Of a stretch of 64,000 bases of DNA, positions 1-13,692 are shown piece by piece. The position numbers were made by a program, and so were the translations under genes. The notes under the pieces were generated by a model. It was not told the origin of the DNA, did not search any database, and saw nothing but the letters and a program-made list of their open reading frames with translations. Position 1 is the first letter of the stretch; each line of letters starts with the position of its first letter. This DNA is from Paragordius varius (Eukaryota > Animalia > Nematomorpha). The DNA lies in assembly GCA_964247055.1 (NCBI GenBank), contig OZ176050.1, forward strand, positions 558,001 to 622,000, given 5' to 3'.

Positions 1-609
1 CAAATATTTTGGGGATCGGACTATAAATGTAATTTTTATGAATTTTTTAAATTTTTAAAAATTTATTTTATACGATTTTAAAAATAAAAATGGCTACCTA
101 AAATCCAAATTGATCAGGTGATGTCACCATAATTTTTTTTGGGTAGCCCTATGGTAGTTCCATCATCACCCCAAATATTTTCGAGATCGGAATATAAATG
201 TAATTTTTATGAATTTTTTAAATATTTAAAAAATTTATTTTATACGATTTTAAAAATAAAAATGGCTACCTAAAATCCAAATTTGATCAGGTGATGTCAC
301 CATAATTTTTTTTGCGTAGCCCTATGGTAGATCCATCATCACCCCAAATATTTTCGAGATCGGAGTATAAATGTAATTTTTATGAATTTTTTAAATATTT
401 AAAAAATTTATTTTATACGATTGTAAAAATAAAAATGGCTACCTAAAATCCAAATTTGATCAGGTGATGTCACTATAATTTTTTTGGGTAGCCCTATGGT
501 AGTTCCATCATCACCCCAAATATTTTCAAGATCGGAGTATAAATGTAATTTTTATGAATTTTTTAAATATTTAAAAAATTTATTTTATACGGGCTACCTA
601 AAATCCAAA
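1..609. repeat. ~4-monomer block duplicated at ~2745-3352 (offset 2744 bp, 16 monomers)
   Basis: Same order of rare variants in both copies: CAAATTGATC (monomer starts 92 and 2836), GGAATA, TGCG+TAGATCC+ATTGTA, then CACT/T7/TTCAAG. Confidence 0.8.
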
Positions 610-3600
610 TTTGATCAGGTGATGTCACTATAATTTTTTTGGGTAGCCCTATGGTAGTTCCATCATCACCCCAAATATTGTCGAGATCGGAGTATAAATG
701 TAATTTTTATGAATTTTTTAAATATTTAAAAAATTTATTTTATACGATTTTAAAAATAAAAATGGCTACCTAAAATCCAAATTTGATCAGGTGATGTCGC
801 CATAATTTTTTTTGGGTAGCCCTATGGTAGTTCCATCATCACCCCAAATATTTTCGAGATCGGAGTATAAATGTAATTTTTATGAATTTTTTAAATATTT
901 AAAAAATTTATTTTATACGATTTTAAAAATAAAAATGGCTACCTAAAATCCAAATTTGATCAGGTGATGTCACTATAATTTTTTTGGGTAGCCCTATGGT
1001 AGTTCCATCATCACCCCAAATATTGTCGAGATCGGAGTATAAATGTAATTTTTATGAATTTTTTAAATATTTAAAAAATTTATTTTATACGATTTTAAAA
1101 ATAAAAATGGCTACCTAAAATCCAAATTCGATCAGGTGATGTCGCCATAATTTTTTTTGGGTAGCCCTATGGTAGTTCCATCATCACCCCAAATATTTTC
1201 GAGATCGGAGTATAAATGTAATTTTTATGAATTTTTTAAATATTTAAAAAATTTATTTTATACGATTTTAAAAATAAAAATGGCTACCTAAAATCCAAAT
1301 TTGATCAGGTGATGTCACCATAATTTTTTTTGGGTAGCCCTATGGTAGTTCCATCATCACCCCAAATATTTTCGAGATCGGAGTATAAATGTAATTTTTA
1401 TGAATTTTTTAAATATTTAAAAAATTTATTTTATACGATATTAAAAATAAAAATGGCTACCTAAAATCCAAATTTGATCAGGTGATGTCACCATAATTTT
1501 TTTTGCGTAGCCCTATGGTAGTTCCATCATCACCTCAAATATTTTCGAGATCGGAGTATAAATGTAATTTTTATGAATTTTTTAAATATTTAAAAAATTT
1601 ATTTTATACGATTGTATAAATAAAAATGGCTACCTAAAATCCAAATTTGATCAGGTGATGTCACTATAATTTTTTTGGGTAGCCCTATGGTAGTTCCATC
1701 ATCACCCCAAATATTTTCAAGATCGGAGTATAAATGTAATTTTTATGAATTTTTTAAATATTTAAAAAATTTATTTTATACGATTTTAAAAATAAAAATG
1801 GCTACCTAAAATCCAAATTTGATCAGGTGATGTCGCCATAATTTTTTTTGGGTAGCCCTATGGTAGTTCCATCATCACCCCAAATATTTTTGAGATCGGA
1901 CTTTAAATGTAATTTTTATGAATTTTTTAAATATTTAAAAAATTTATTTTATACGATTTTAAAAATAAAAATGGCTACCTAAAATCCAAATTTGATCAGG
2001 TGATGCCACCATAATTTTTTTTGGGTAGCCCTATGTAGTTCCATCATCACCCCAAATATTTTCGAGATCGGAGTATAAATGTAATTTTTATGAATTTTTT
2101 AAATATTTAAAAAATTTATTTTATACGATTTTAAAAATAAAAATGGCTACCTAAAATCCAAATTTGATCAGGTGATGTCACCATAATTTTTTTTGGGTAG
2201 CCCTATGGTAGTTCCATCATCACCCCAAATATTTTCGAGATCGGAGTATAAATGTAATTTTTATGAATTTTTTAAATATTTAAAAAATTTATTTTATACG
2301 ATATTAAAAATAAAAATGGCTACCTAAAATCCAAATTTGATCAGGTGATGTCACCATAATTTTTTTTGGGTAGCCCTATGGTAATTCCATCATCACCCCA
2401 AATATTGTCGAGATCGGAGTATAAATGTAATTTTTATGAATTTTTTAAATATTAAAAAAATTTATTTTATACGATTTTAAAAATAAAAATGGCTACCTAA
2501 AATCCAAATTTGATCAGGTGATGTCGCCATAATTTTTTTTGGGTAGCCCTATAGTAGTTCCATCATCACCCCAAATATTTTCGAGATCGGAGTATAAATG
2601 TAATTTTTATGAATTTTTTAAATATTTAAAAAATTTATTTTATACGATTTTAAAAATAAAAATGGCTACCTAAAATCCAAATTTGATCAGGTGATGTCAC
2701 TATAATTTTTTTTGGGTAGCCCTATGGTAGTTCCATCATCACCCCAAATATTTTGGGGATCGGACTATAAATGTAATTTTTATGAATTTTTTAAATTTTT
2801 AAAAATTTATTTTATACGATTTTAAAAATAAAAATGGCTACCTAAAATCCAAATTGATCAGGTGATGTCACCATAATTTTTTTTGGGTAGCCCTATGGTA
2901 GTTCCATCATCACCCCAAATATTTTCGAGATCGGAATATAAATGTAATTTTTATGAATTTTTTAAATATTTAAAAAATTTATTTTATACGATTTTAAAAA
3001 TAAAAATGGCTACCTAAAATCCAAATTTGATCAGGTGATGTCACCATAATTTTTTTTGCGTAGCCCTATGGTAGATCCATCATCACCCCAAATATTTTCG
3101 AGATCGGAGTATAAATGTAATTTTTATGAATTTTTTAAATATTTAAAAAATTTATTTTATACGATTGTAAAAATAAAAATGGCTACCTAAAATCCAAATT
3201 TGATCAGGTGATGTCACTATAATTTTTTTGGGTAGCCCTATGGTAGTTCCATCATCACCCCAAATATTTTCAAGATCGGAGTATAAATGTAATTTTTATG
3301 AATTTTTTAAATATTTAAAAAATTTATTTTATACGATTTTAAAAATAAAAATGGCTGCCTAAAATCCAAATTTGATCAGGTGATGTCGCCATAATTTTTT
3401 TGGGTAGCCCTATGATAGTTCCATCATCACCCCAAATATTTTCGAGATCGGAGTATAAATGTAATTTTTATGAATTTTTTAAATATTTAAAAAATTATTT
3501 TATACGATATTAAAAATAAAAATGGCTACCTAAAATCCAAATTTGATCAGGTGATGTCACTATAATTTTTTTTGGGTAGCCCTATGGTAGTTCCATCATC

Positions 3601-3868
3601 ACCCCAAATATTTTCGAGATCGGAGTATAAATGTAATTTTTATGAATTTTTTAAATATTTAAAAAATTTATTTTATACGATTTTAAAAATAAAAATGGCT
3701 ACCTAAAATCCAAATTTGATCAGGTGATGTCACTATAATTTTTATGGGTAGCCCTATGGTAGTTCCATCATCACCCCAAATATTTTCGAGATCGGAGTAT
3801 AAATGTAATTTTTATGAATTTTTTAAATATTTAAAAAATTTATTTTATACGATTTTAAAAATAAAAAT

Positions 3869-5939
3869 GGCTACCTAAAATCCAAATTTGATCAGGTGAT
3901 GTCACTATAATTTTTTTGGGTAGCCCTATGGTAGTTCCATCATCACCCCAAATATTTTGGGGATCGGACTATAAATGTAATTTTTATGAATTTTTTAAAT
4001 ATTTAAAAAATTTATTTTATACGATTTTAAAAATAAAAATGGCTACCTAAAATCCAAATTTGATCAGGTGATGTCGCCATAATTTTTTTTGGGTAGCCCT
4101 ATGGTAGTTCCATCATCACCCCAAATATTTTCGAGATCGGAGTATAAATGTAATTTTTATGAATTTTTTAAATATTTAAAAAATTTTTTTTATACGATAT
4201 TAAAAATAAAAATGGCTACCTAAAATCCAAATTTGATCAGGTGATGTCACTATAATTTTTTTTGGGTAGCCCTATGGTAGTTCCATCATCACCCCAAATA
4301 TTTTCGAGATCGGAGTATAAATGTAATTTTTATGAATTTTTTAAATATTTAAAAAATTTATTTTATACGATTTTAAAAATAAAAATGGCTACCTAAAATC
4401 CAAATTTGATCAGGTGATGTCACTATAATTTTTATGGGTAGCCCTATGGTAGTTCCATCATCACCCCAAATATTTTCGAGATCGGAGTATAAATGTAATT
4501 TTTATGAATTTTTTAAATATTTAAAAAATTTATTTTATACGATTTTAAAAATAAAAATGGCTACCTAAAATCCAAATTTGATCAGGTGATGTCACTATAA
4601 TTTTTTTTGGGTAGCCCTATGGTAGTTCCATCATCACCCCAAATATTTTGGGGATCGGAGTATAAATGTAATTTTTATGAATTTTTTAAATTTTTAAAAA
4701 TTTATTTTATACGATTTTAAAAATAAAAATGGCTACCTAAAATCCAAATTTGATCAGGTGATGTCACCATAATTTTTTTTGGGTAGCCCTATGGTAGTTC
4801 CATCATCACCCCAAATATTTTCGAGATCGGAATATAAATGTAATTTTTATGAATTTTTTAAATATTTAAAAAATTTATTTTATACGATTTTAAAAATAAA
4901 AATGGCTACCTAAAATCCAAATTTGATCAGGTGATGTCACTATAATTTTTTTGGGTAGCCCTATGGTAGTTCCATCATCACCCCAAATATTTTGGGGATC
5001 GGACTATAAATGTAATTTTTATGAATTTTTTAAATATTTAAAAAATTTATTTTATACGATTTTAAAAATAAAAATGGCTACCTAAAATCCAAATTTGATC
5101 AGGTGATGTCGCCATAATTTTTTTTGGGTAGCCCTATGGTAGTTCCATCATCACCCCAAATATTTTCGAGATCGGAGTATAAATGTAATTTTTATGAATT
5201 TTTTAAATATTTAAAAAATTTATTTTATACGATATTAAAAATAAAAATGGCTACCTAAAATCCAAATTTGATCAGGTGATGTCACTATAATTTTTTTTGG
5301 GTAGCCCTATGGTAGTTCCATCATCACCCCAAATATTTTCGAGATCGGAGTATAAATGTAATTTTTATGAATTTTTTAAATATTTAAAAAATTTATTTTA
5401 TACGATTTTAAAAATAAAAATGGCTACCTAAAATCCAAATTTGATCAGGTGATGTCACTATAATTTTTATGGGTAGCCCTATGGTAGTTCCATCATCACC
5501 CCAAATATTTTCGAGATCGGAGTATAAATGTAATTTTTATGAATTTTTTAAATATTTAAAAAATTTATTTTATACGATTTTAAAAATAAAAATGGCTACC
5601 TAAAATCCAAATTTGATCAGGTGATGTCACTATAATTTTTTTTGGGTAGCCCTATGGTAGTTCAATCATCACCCCAAATATTTTGGGGATCGGAGTATAA
5701 ATGTAATTTTTATGAATTTTTTAAATTTTTAAAAATTTATTTTATACGATTTTAAAAATAAAAATGGCTACCTAAAATCCAAATTTGATCAGGTGATGTC
5801 ACCATAATTTTTTTTGGGTAGCCCTATGGTAGTTCCATCATCACCCCAAATATTTTCGAGATCGCAATATAAATGTAATTTTTATGAATTTTTTTAAATA
5901 TTTAAAAAATTTATTTTATACGATTTTAAAAATAAAAAT
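3869..5939. repeat. Tandem 6-monomer higher-order repeat, 2 copies, 1035-bp period, within a 3.35-8.87 kb domain built on a 4-mer core
   Basis: Monomer order CACT-T7-GGGG / GCC-ATATTA / CACT-T8 / TTTTATGGG / CACT-GGGG-GAGT-AAATTTTT / CACC-GGAATA repeats from starts 3869 and 4904. 6x173-3=1035. Confidence 0.85.
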
Positions 5940-8900
5940 GGCTACCTAAAATCCAAATTTGATCAGGTGATGTCACCATAATTTTTTTTGCGTAGCCCTA
6001 TGGTAGTTCCATCATCACCCCAAATATTTTCGAGATCGGAGTATAAATGTAATTTTTATGAATTTTTTAAATATTTAAAAAATTTATTTTATACGATTTT
6101 ATAAATAAAAATGGCTACCTAAAATCCAAATTTGATCAGGTGATGTCACTATAATTTTTTTGGGTAGCCCTATGGTAGTTCCATCATCACCCCAAATATT
6201 TTCAAGATCGGAGTATAAATGTAATTTTTATCAATTTTTTAAATATTTAAAAAATTTATTTTATACGATTTTAAAAATAAAAATGGCTACCTAAAATCCA
6301 AATTTGATCAGGTGATGTCACTATAATTTTTTTGGGTAGCCCTATGGTAGTTCCATCATCACCCCAAATATTGTCGAGATCGGAGTATAAATGTAATTTT
6401 TATGAATTTTTTAAATATTTAAAAAATTTATTTTATACGATTTTAAAAATAAAAATGGCTACCTAAAATCCAAATTTGATCAGGTGATGTCGCCATAATT
6501 TTTTTTGGGTAGCCCTATGGTAGTTCCATCATCACCCCAAATATTTTGGGGATCGGACTATAAATGTAATTTTTATGAATTTTTTAAATATTTAAAAAAT
6601 TTATTTTATACGATTTAAAAATAAAAATGGCTACCTAAAATCCAAATTTGATCAGGTGATGTCACCATAATTTTTTTTGGGTAGCCCTATGGTAGTTCCA
6701 TCATCACATCAAATATTTTCGAGATCGGAGTATAAATGTAATTTTTATGAATTTTTTAAATATTTAAAAAATTTATTTTATACGATTTTAAAAATAAAAA
6801 TGGCTACCTAAAATCCAAATTTGATCAGGTGATGTCACTATAATTTTTTTGGGTAGCCCTATGGTAGTTCCATCATCACCCCAAATATTTTGGGGATCGG
6901 ACTATAAATGTAATTTTTATGAATTTTTTAAATATTTAAAAAATTTATTTTATACGATTTTAAAAATAAAAATGGCTACCTAAAATCCAAATTTGATCAG
7001 GTGATGTCGCCATAATTTTTTTTGGGTAGCCCTATGATAGTTCCATCATCACCCCAAATATTTTCGAGATCGGAGTATAAATGTAATTTTTATGAATTTT
7101 TTAAATATTTAAAAAATTTATTTTATACGATATTAAAAATAAAAATGGCTACCTAAAATCCAAATTTGATCAGGTGATGTCACTATAATTTTTTTTGGGT
7201 AGCCCTATGGTAGTTCCATCATCACCCCAAATATTTTCGAGATCGGAGTATAAATGTAATTTTTATGAATTTTTTAAATATTTAAAAAATTTATTTTATA
7301 CGATTTTAAAAATAAAAATGGCTACCTAAAATCCAAATTTGATCAGGTGATGTCACTATAATTTTTATGGGTAGCCCTATGGTAGTTCCATCATCACCCC
7401 AAATATTTTCGAGATCGGAGTATAAATGTAATTTTTATGAATTTTTTAAATATTTAAAAAATTTATTTTATACGATTTTAAAAATAAAAATGGCTACCTA
7501 AAATCCAAATTTGATCAGGTGATGTCACTATATTTTTTTTGGGTAGCCCTATGGTAGTTCCATCATCACCCCAAATATTTTGGGGATCGGACTATAAATG
7601 TAATTTTTATGAATTTTTTAAATATTTAAAAAATTTATTTTATACGATTTTAAAAATAAAAATGGCTACCTAAAATCCAAATTTGATCAGGTGATGTCCC
7701 ATAATTTTTTTTGGGTAGCCCTATGGTAGTTCCATCATCACCCCAAATATTTTCGAGATCGGAGTATAAATGTAATTTTTATGAATTTTTTAAATATTTA
7801 AAAAATTTATTTTATACGATATTAAAAATAAAAATGGCTACCTAAAATCCAAATTTGATCAGGTGATGTCACTATAATTTTTTTTGGGTAGCCCTATGGT
7901 AGTTCCATCATCACCCCAAATATTTTCGAGATCGGAGTATAAATGTAATTTTTATGAATTTTTTAAATATTTAAAAAATTTATTTTATACGATTTTAAAA
8001 ATAAAAATGGCTACCTAAAATCCAAATTTGATCAGGTGATGTCACTATAATTTTTATGGGTAGCCCTATGGTAGTTCCATCATCACCCCAAATATTTTCG
8101 AGATCGGAGTATAAATGTAATTTTTATGAATTTTTTAAATATTTAAAAAATTTATTTTATACGATATTAAAAATAAAAATGGCTACCTAAAATCCAAATT
8201 TGATCAGGTGATGTCACTATAATTTTTTTTGGGTAGCCCTATGGTAGTTCCATCATCACCCCAAATATTTTCGAGATCGGAGTATAAATGTAATTTTTAT
8301 GAATTTTTTAAATATTTAAAAAATTTATTTTATACGATTTTAAAAATAAAAATGGCTACCTAAAATCCAAATTTGATCAGGTGATGTCACTATAATTTTT
8401 ATGGGTAGCCCTATGGTAGTTCCATCATCACCCCAAATATTTTCGAGATCGGAGTATAAATGTAATTTTTATGAATTTTTTAAATATTTAAATTTATTTT
8501 ATACGATTTTAAAAATAAAAATGGCTACCTAAAATCCAAATTTGATCAGGTGATGTCACTATAATTTTTATGGGTAGCCCTATGGTAGTTCCATCATCAC
8601 CCCAAATATTTTCGAGATCGGAGTATAAATGTAATTTTTATGAATTTTTTAAATATTTAAAAAATTTATTTTATACGATTTTAAAAATAAAAATGGCTAC
8701 CTAAAATCCAAATTTGATCAGGTGATGTCACCATAATTTTTTTTGGGTAGCCCTATGGTAGTTCCATCATCACCCCAAATATTTTCGAGATCGGAATATA
8801 AATGTAATTTTTATGAATTTTTTAAATATTTAAAAAATTTATTTTATACGATTTTAAAAATAAAAATGGCTACCTAAAATCCAAATTTGATCAGGTGATG

Positions 8901-10248
8901 TCGAGTTAATTTTTTTTGGGTAGCCCTATGGTAGTTCCATCATCACCCCAAATATTTTCGAGATCGGAGTATAAATGTAATTTTTATGAATTTTTTAAAT
9001 ATTTAAAAAATTTATTTTATACGATTTTAAAAATAAAAATGGCTACCTAAAATCCAAATTTGATCAGGTGATGTCACTATAATTTTTTTGGGTAGCCCTA
9101 TGGTAGTTCCATCATCACCCCAAATATTTTCAAGATCGGAGTATAAATGTAATTTTTATCAATTTTTTAAATATTTAAAAAATTTATTTTATACGATTTT
9201 AAAAATAAAAATGGCTACCTAAAATCCAAATTTGATCAGGTGATGTCACTATAATTTTTTTGGGTAGCCCTATGGTAGTTCCATCATCACCCCAAATATT
9301 GTCGAGATCGGAGTGTAAATGTAATTTTTATGAATTTTTTAAATATTTAAAAAATTTATTTTATACGATTTTAAAAATAAAAATGGCTACCTAAAATCCA
9401 AATTTGATCAGGTGATGTCACCATAATTTTTTTTGCGTAGCCCTATGGTAGTTCCATCATCACCCCAAATATTTTGGTGATCGGACTATAAATGTAATTT
9501 TTATGAATTTTTTAAATATTTAAAAAATTTATTTTATACGATTTTAAAAATAAAAATGGCTACCTAAAATCCAAATTTGATCAGGTGATGTCACCATAAT
9601 TTTTTTTGGGTAGCCCTATGGTAGTTCCATCATCACCCCAAATATTGTCGAGATCGGAGTATAAATGTAATTTTTTTGAATTATTTAAATATTTAAAAAA
9701 TTTATTTTATACGATTTTAAAAATAAAAATGGCTACCTAAAATCCAAATTTGATCAGGTGATGTCACCATAATTTTTTTTGGGTAGCCCTATGGTAGTTC
9801 CATCATCACCCCAAATATTTTCGAGATCGGAGTATAAATGTAATTTTTATGAATTTTTTAAATATTTAAAAAATTTATTTTATACGATATTAAAAATAAA
9901 AATGGCTACCTAAAATCCAAATTTGATCAGGTAATGTCGCCATAATTTTTTTTGGGTAGCCCTATAGTAGTTCCATCATCACCCCAAATATTTTCGAGAT
10001 CGGAGTATAAATGTAATTTTTATGAATTTTTTAAATATTTAAAAAATTTATTTTATACGATTTTAAAAAAAAAATGGCTACCTAAAATCCAAATTTGATC
10101 AGGTGATGTCACTATAATTTTTTTTGGGTAGCCCTATGGTAGTTCCATCATCACCCCAAATATTTTCGAGATCGAAGTATAAATGTAATTTTTATGAATT
10201 TTTTAAATATTTAAAAAATTTATTTTATACGATTTTAAAAATAAAAAT

Positions 10249-12666
10249 GGCTACCTAAAATCCAAATTTGATCAGGTGATGTCGAGTTAATTTTTTTTGG
10301 GTAGCCCTATGGTAGTTCCATCATCACCCCAAATATTTTGGGGATCGGACTATAAATGTAATTTTTATGAATTTTTTAAATATTTAAAAAATTTATTTTA
10401 TACGATTGTAAAAATAAAAATGGCTACCTAAAATCCAAATTTGATCAGGTGATGTCACCATAATTTTTTTTGGGTAGCCCTATGGTAGTTCCATCATCAC
10501 CCCAAATATTGTCGAGATCGGAGTATAAATGTAATTTTTATGAATTTTTTAAATATTTAAAAAATTTATTTTATACGATTTTAAAAATAAAAATGGCTAC
10601 CTAAAATCCAAATTTGATCAGGTGATGTCGCCATAATTTTTTTTGGGTAGCCCTATGGTAGTTCCATCATCACATCAAATATTTTCGAGATCGGAGTATA
10701 AATGTAATTTTTATGAATTTTTTAAATATTTAAAAAATTTATTTTATTCGATTTTAAAAATAAAAATGGCTACCTAAAATCCAAATTTGATCAGGTGATG
10801 TCACTATAATTTTTTTGGGTAGCCCTATGGTAGTTCCATCATCACCCCAAATATTTTGGGGATCGGACTATAAATGTAATTTTTATGAATTTTTTAAATA
10901 TTTAAAAAATTTATTTTATACGATTTTAAAAATAAAAATGGCTACCTAAAATCCAAATTTGATCAGGTTATGTCGCCATAATTTTTTTTGGGTAGCCCTA
11001 TGGTAGTTCCATCATCACCCCAAATATTTTCGAGATCGGAGTATAAATGTAATTTTTATGAATTTTTTAAATATTTAAAAAATTTTGTTTATACGATTTT
11101 AAAAATAAAAATGGCTACCTAAAATCCAAATTTGATCAGGTGATGTCACTATAATTTTTATGGGTAGCCCTATGGTAGTTCCATCATCACCCCAAATATT
11201 TTCGAGATCGGAGTATAAATGTAATTTTTATGAATTTTTTAAATATTTAAAAAATTTATTTTATACGATTTTAAAAATAAAAATGGCTACCTAAAATCCA
11301 AATTTGATCAGGTGATGTCACCATAATTTTTTTTGCGTAGCCCTATGGTAGTTCTATCATCACCGCAAATATTTTCGAGATCGGAGTATAAATGTAATTT
11401 TTATGAATTTTTTAAATATTTAAAAAATTTATTTTATACGATATTAAAAATAAAAATGGCTACCTAAAATCCAAATTTGATCAGGTGATGTCACTATAAT
11501 TTTTTTTGGGTAGCCCTATGGTAGTTCCATCATCACCCCAAATATTTTGGGGATCGGACTATAAATGTAATTTTTATGAATTTTTTAAATATTTAAAAAA
11601 TTTATTTTATACGATTGCAAAAATAAAAATGGCTACCTAAAATCCAAATTTGATCAGGTGATGTCACCATAATTTTTTTTGGGTAGCCCTATGGTAGTTC
11701 CATCATCACCCCAAATATTGTCGAGATCGGAGTATAAATGTAATTTTTATGAATTTTTTAAATATTTAAAAAATTTATTTTATACGATTTTAAAAATAAA
11801 AATGGCTACCTAAAATCCAAATTTGATCAGGTGATGTCGCCATAATTTTTTTTGGGTAGCCCTATGGTAGTTCCATCATCACATCAAATATTTTCGAGAT
11901 CGGAGTATAAATGTAATTTTTATGAATTTTTTAAATATTTAAAAAATTTATTTTATTCGATTTTAAAAATAATAATGGCTACCTAAAATCCAAATTTGAT
12001 CAGGTGATGTCACTATAATTTTTTTGGGTAGCCCTATGGTAGTTCCATCATCACCCCAAATATTTTGGGGATCGGACTATAAATGTAATTTTTATGAATT
12101 TTTTAAATATTTAAAAAATTTATTTTATACGATTTTAAAAATAAAAATGGCTACCTAAAATCCAAATTTGATCAGGTGATGTCGCCATAATTTTTTTTGG
12201 GTAGCCCTATGGTAGTTCCATCATCACCCCAAATATTTTCGAGATCGGAGTATAAATGTAATTTTTATGAATTTTTTAAATATTTAAAAAATTTTGTTTA
12301 TACGATTTTAAAAATAAAAATGGCTACCTAAAATCCAAATTTGATCAGGTGATGTCACTATAATTTTTATGGGTAGCCCTATGGTAGTTCCATCATCACC
12401 CCAAATATTTTCGAGATCGGAGTATAAATGTAATTTTTATGAATTTTTTAAATATTTAAAAAATTTATTTTATACGATTTTAAAAATAAAAATGGCTACC
12501 TAAAATCCAAATTTGATCAGGTGATGTCACCATAATTTTTTTTGCGTAGCCCTATGGTAGTTCCATCATCACCGCAAATATTTTCGAGATCGGAGTATAA
12601 ATGTAATTTTTATGAATTTTTTAAATATTTAAAAAATTTATTTTATACGATATTAAAAATAAAAAT
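10249..12666. repeat. Tandem 7-monomer higher-order repeat, 2 copies, 1209-bp period
   Basis: Markers CACATC (10671/11880), TTATTCG (10746/11955), TTTTGTTT and CCGCAAA recur at a 1209-bp offset. Unit starts are 10249, 11458 and 12667. Confidence 0.9.
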
Positions 12667-13012
12667 GGCTACCTAAAATCCAAATTTGATCAGGTGATGT
12701 CACTATAATTTTTTTTGGGTAGCCCTATGGTAGTTCCATCATCACCCCAAATATTTTCGTGATCGGAGTATAAATGTAATTTTTATGAATTTTTTAAATA
12801 TTTAAAAAATTTATTTTATACGATTTTAAAAATAAAAATGGCTACCTAAAATCCAAATTTGATCAGGTGATGTCACTATAATTTTTTTTGGGTAGCCCTA
12901 TGGTAGTTCCATCATCACCCCAAATATTTTCGTGATCGGAGTATAAATGTAATTTTTATGAATTTTTTAAATATTTAAAAAATTTATTTTATACGATTTT
13001 AAAAATAAAAAT

Positions 13013-13692
13013 GGCTACCTAAAATCCAAATTTGATCAGGTGATGTCGCCATAATTTTTTTTGGGTAGCTCTATAGTAGTTCCATCATCACCCCAAATAT
13101 TTTGGGGATCGGAGTATAAATGTAATTTTTATGAATTTTTTAAATATTTAAAAAATTTATTTTATACGATTTTAAAAATAAAAATGGCTACCTAAAATCC
13201 AAATTTGATCAGGTGATGTCGCCATAATTTTTTTTGGGTAGCCCTATTCCATCATCACCCCAAATATTGTCGAGATCGGAGTATAAATGTAATTTTTATG
13301 AATTTTTTAAATATTTAAAAAATTTATTTTATACGATTTTAAAAATAAAAATGGCTACCTAAAATCCAAATTTGATCAGGTGATGTCGCCATAATTTTTT
13401 TTGGGTAGCTCTATAGTAGTTCCATCATCACCCCAAATATTTTGGGGATCGGAGTATAAATGTAATTTTTATGAATTTTTTAAATATTTAAAAAATTTAT
13501 TTTATACGATTTTAAAAATAAAAATGGCTACCTAAAATCCAAATTTGATCAGGTGATGTCGCCATAATTTTTTTTGGGTAGCCCTATTCCATCATCACCC
13601 CAAATATTGTCGAGATCGGAGTATAAATGTAATTTTTATGAATTTTTTAAATATTTAAAAAATTTATTTTATACGATTTTAAAAATAAAAAT
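13013..13692. repeat. Tandem dimer duplication, 340-bp period (TAGCTCTATAG monomer plus 6-bp-deleted CCCTATTCC monomer)
   Basis: Unit starts 13013 and 13353. 173+167=340. Confidence 0.9.
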
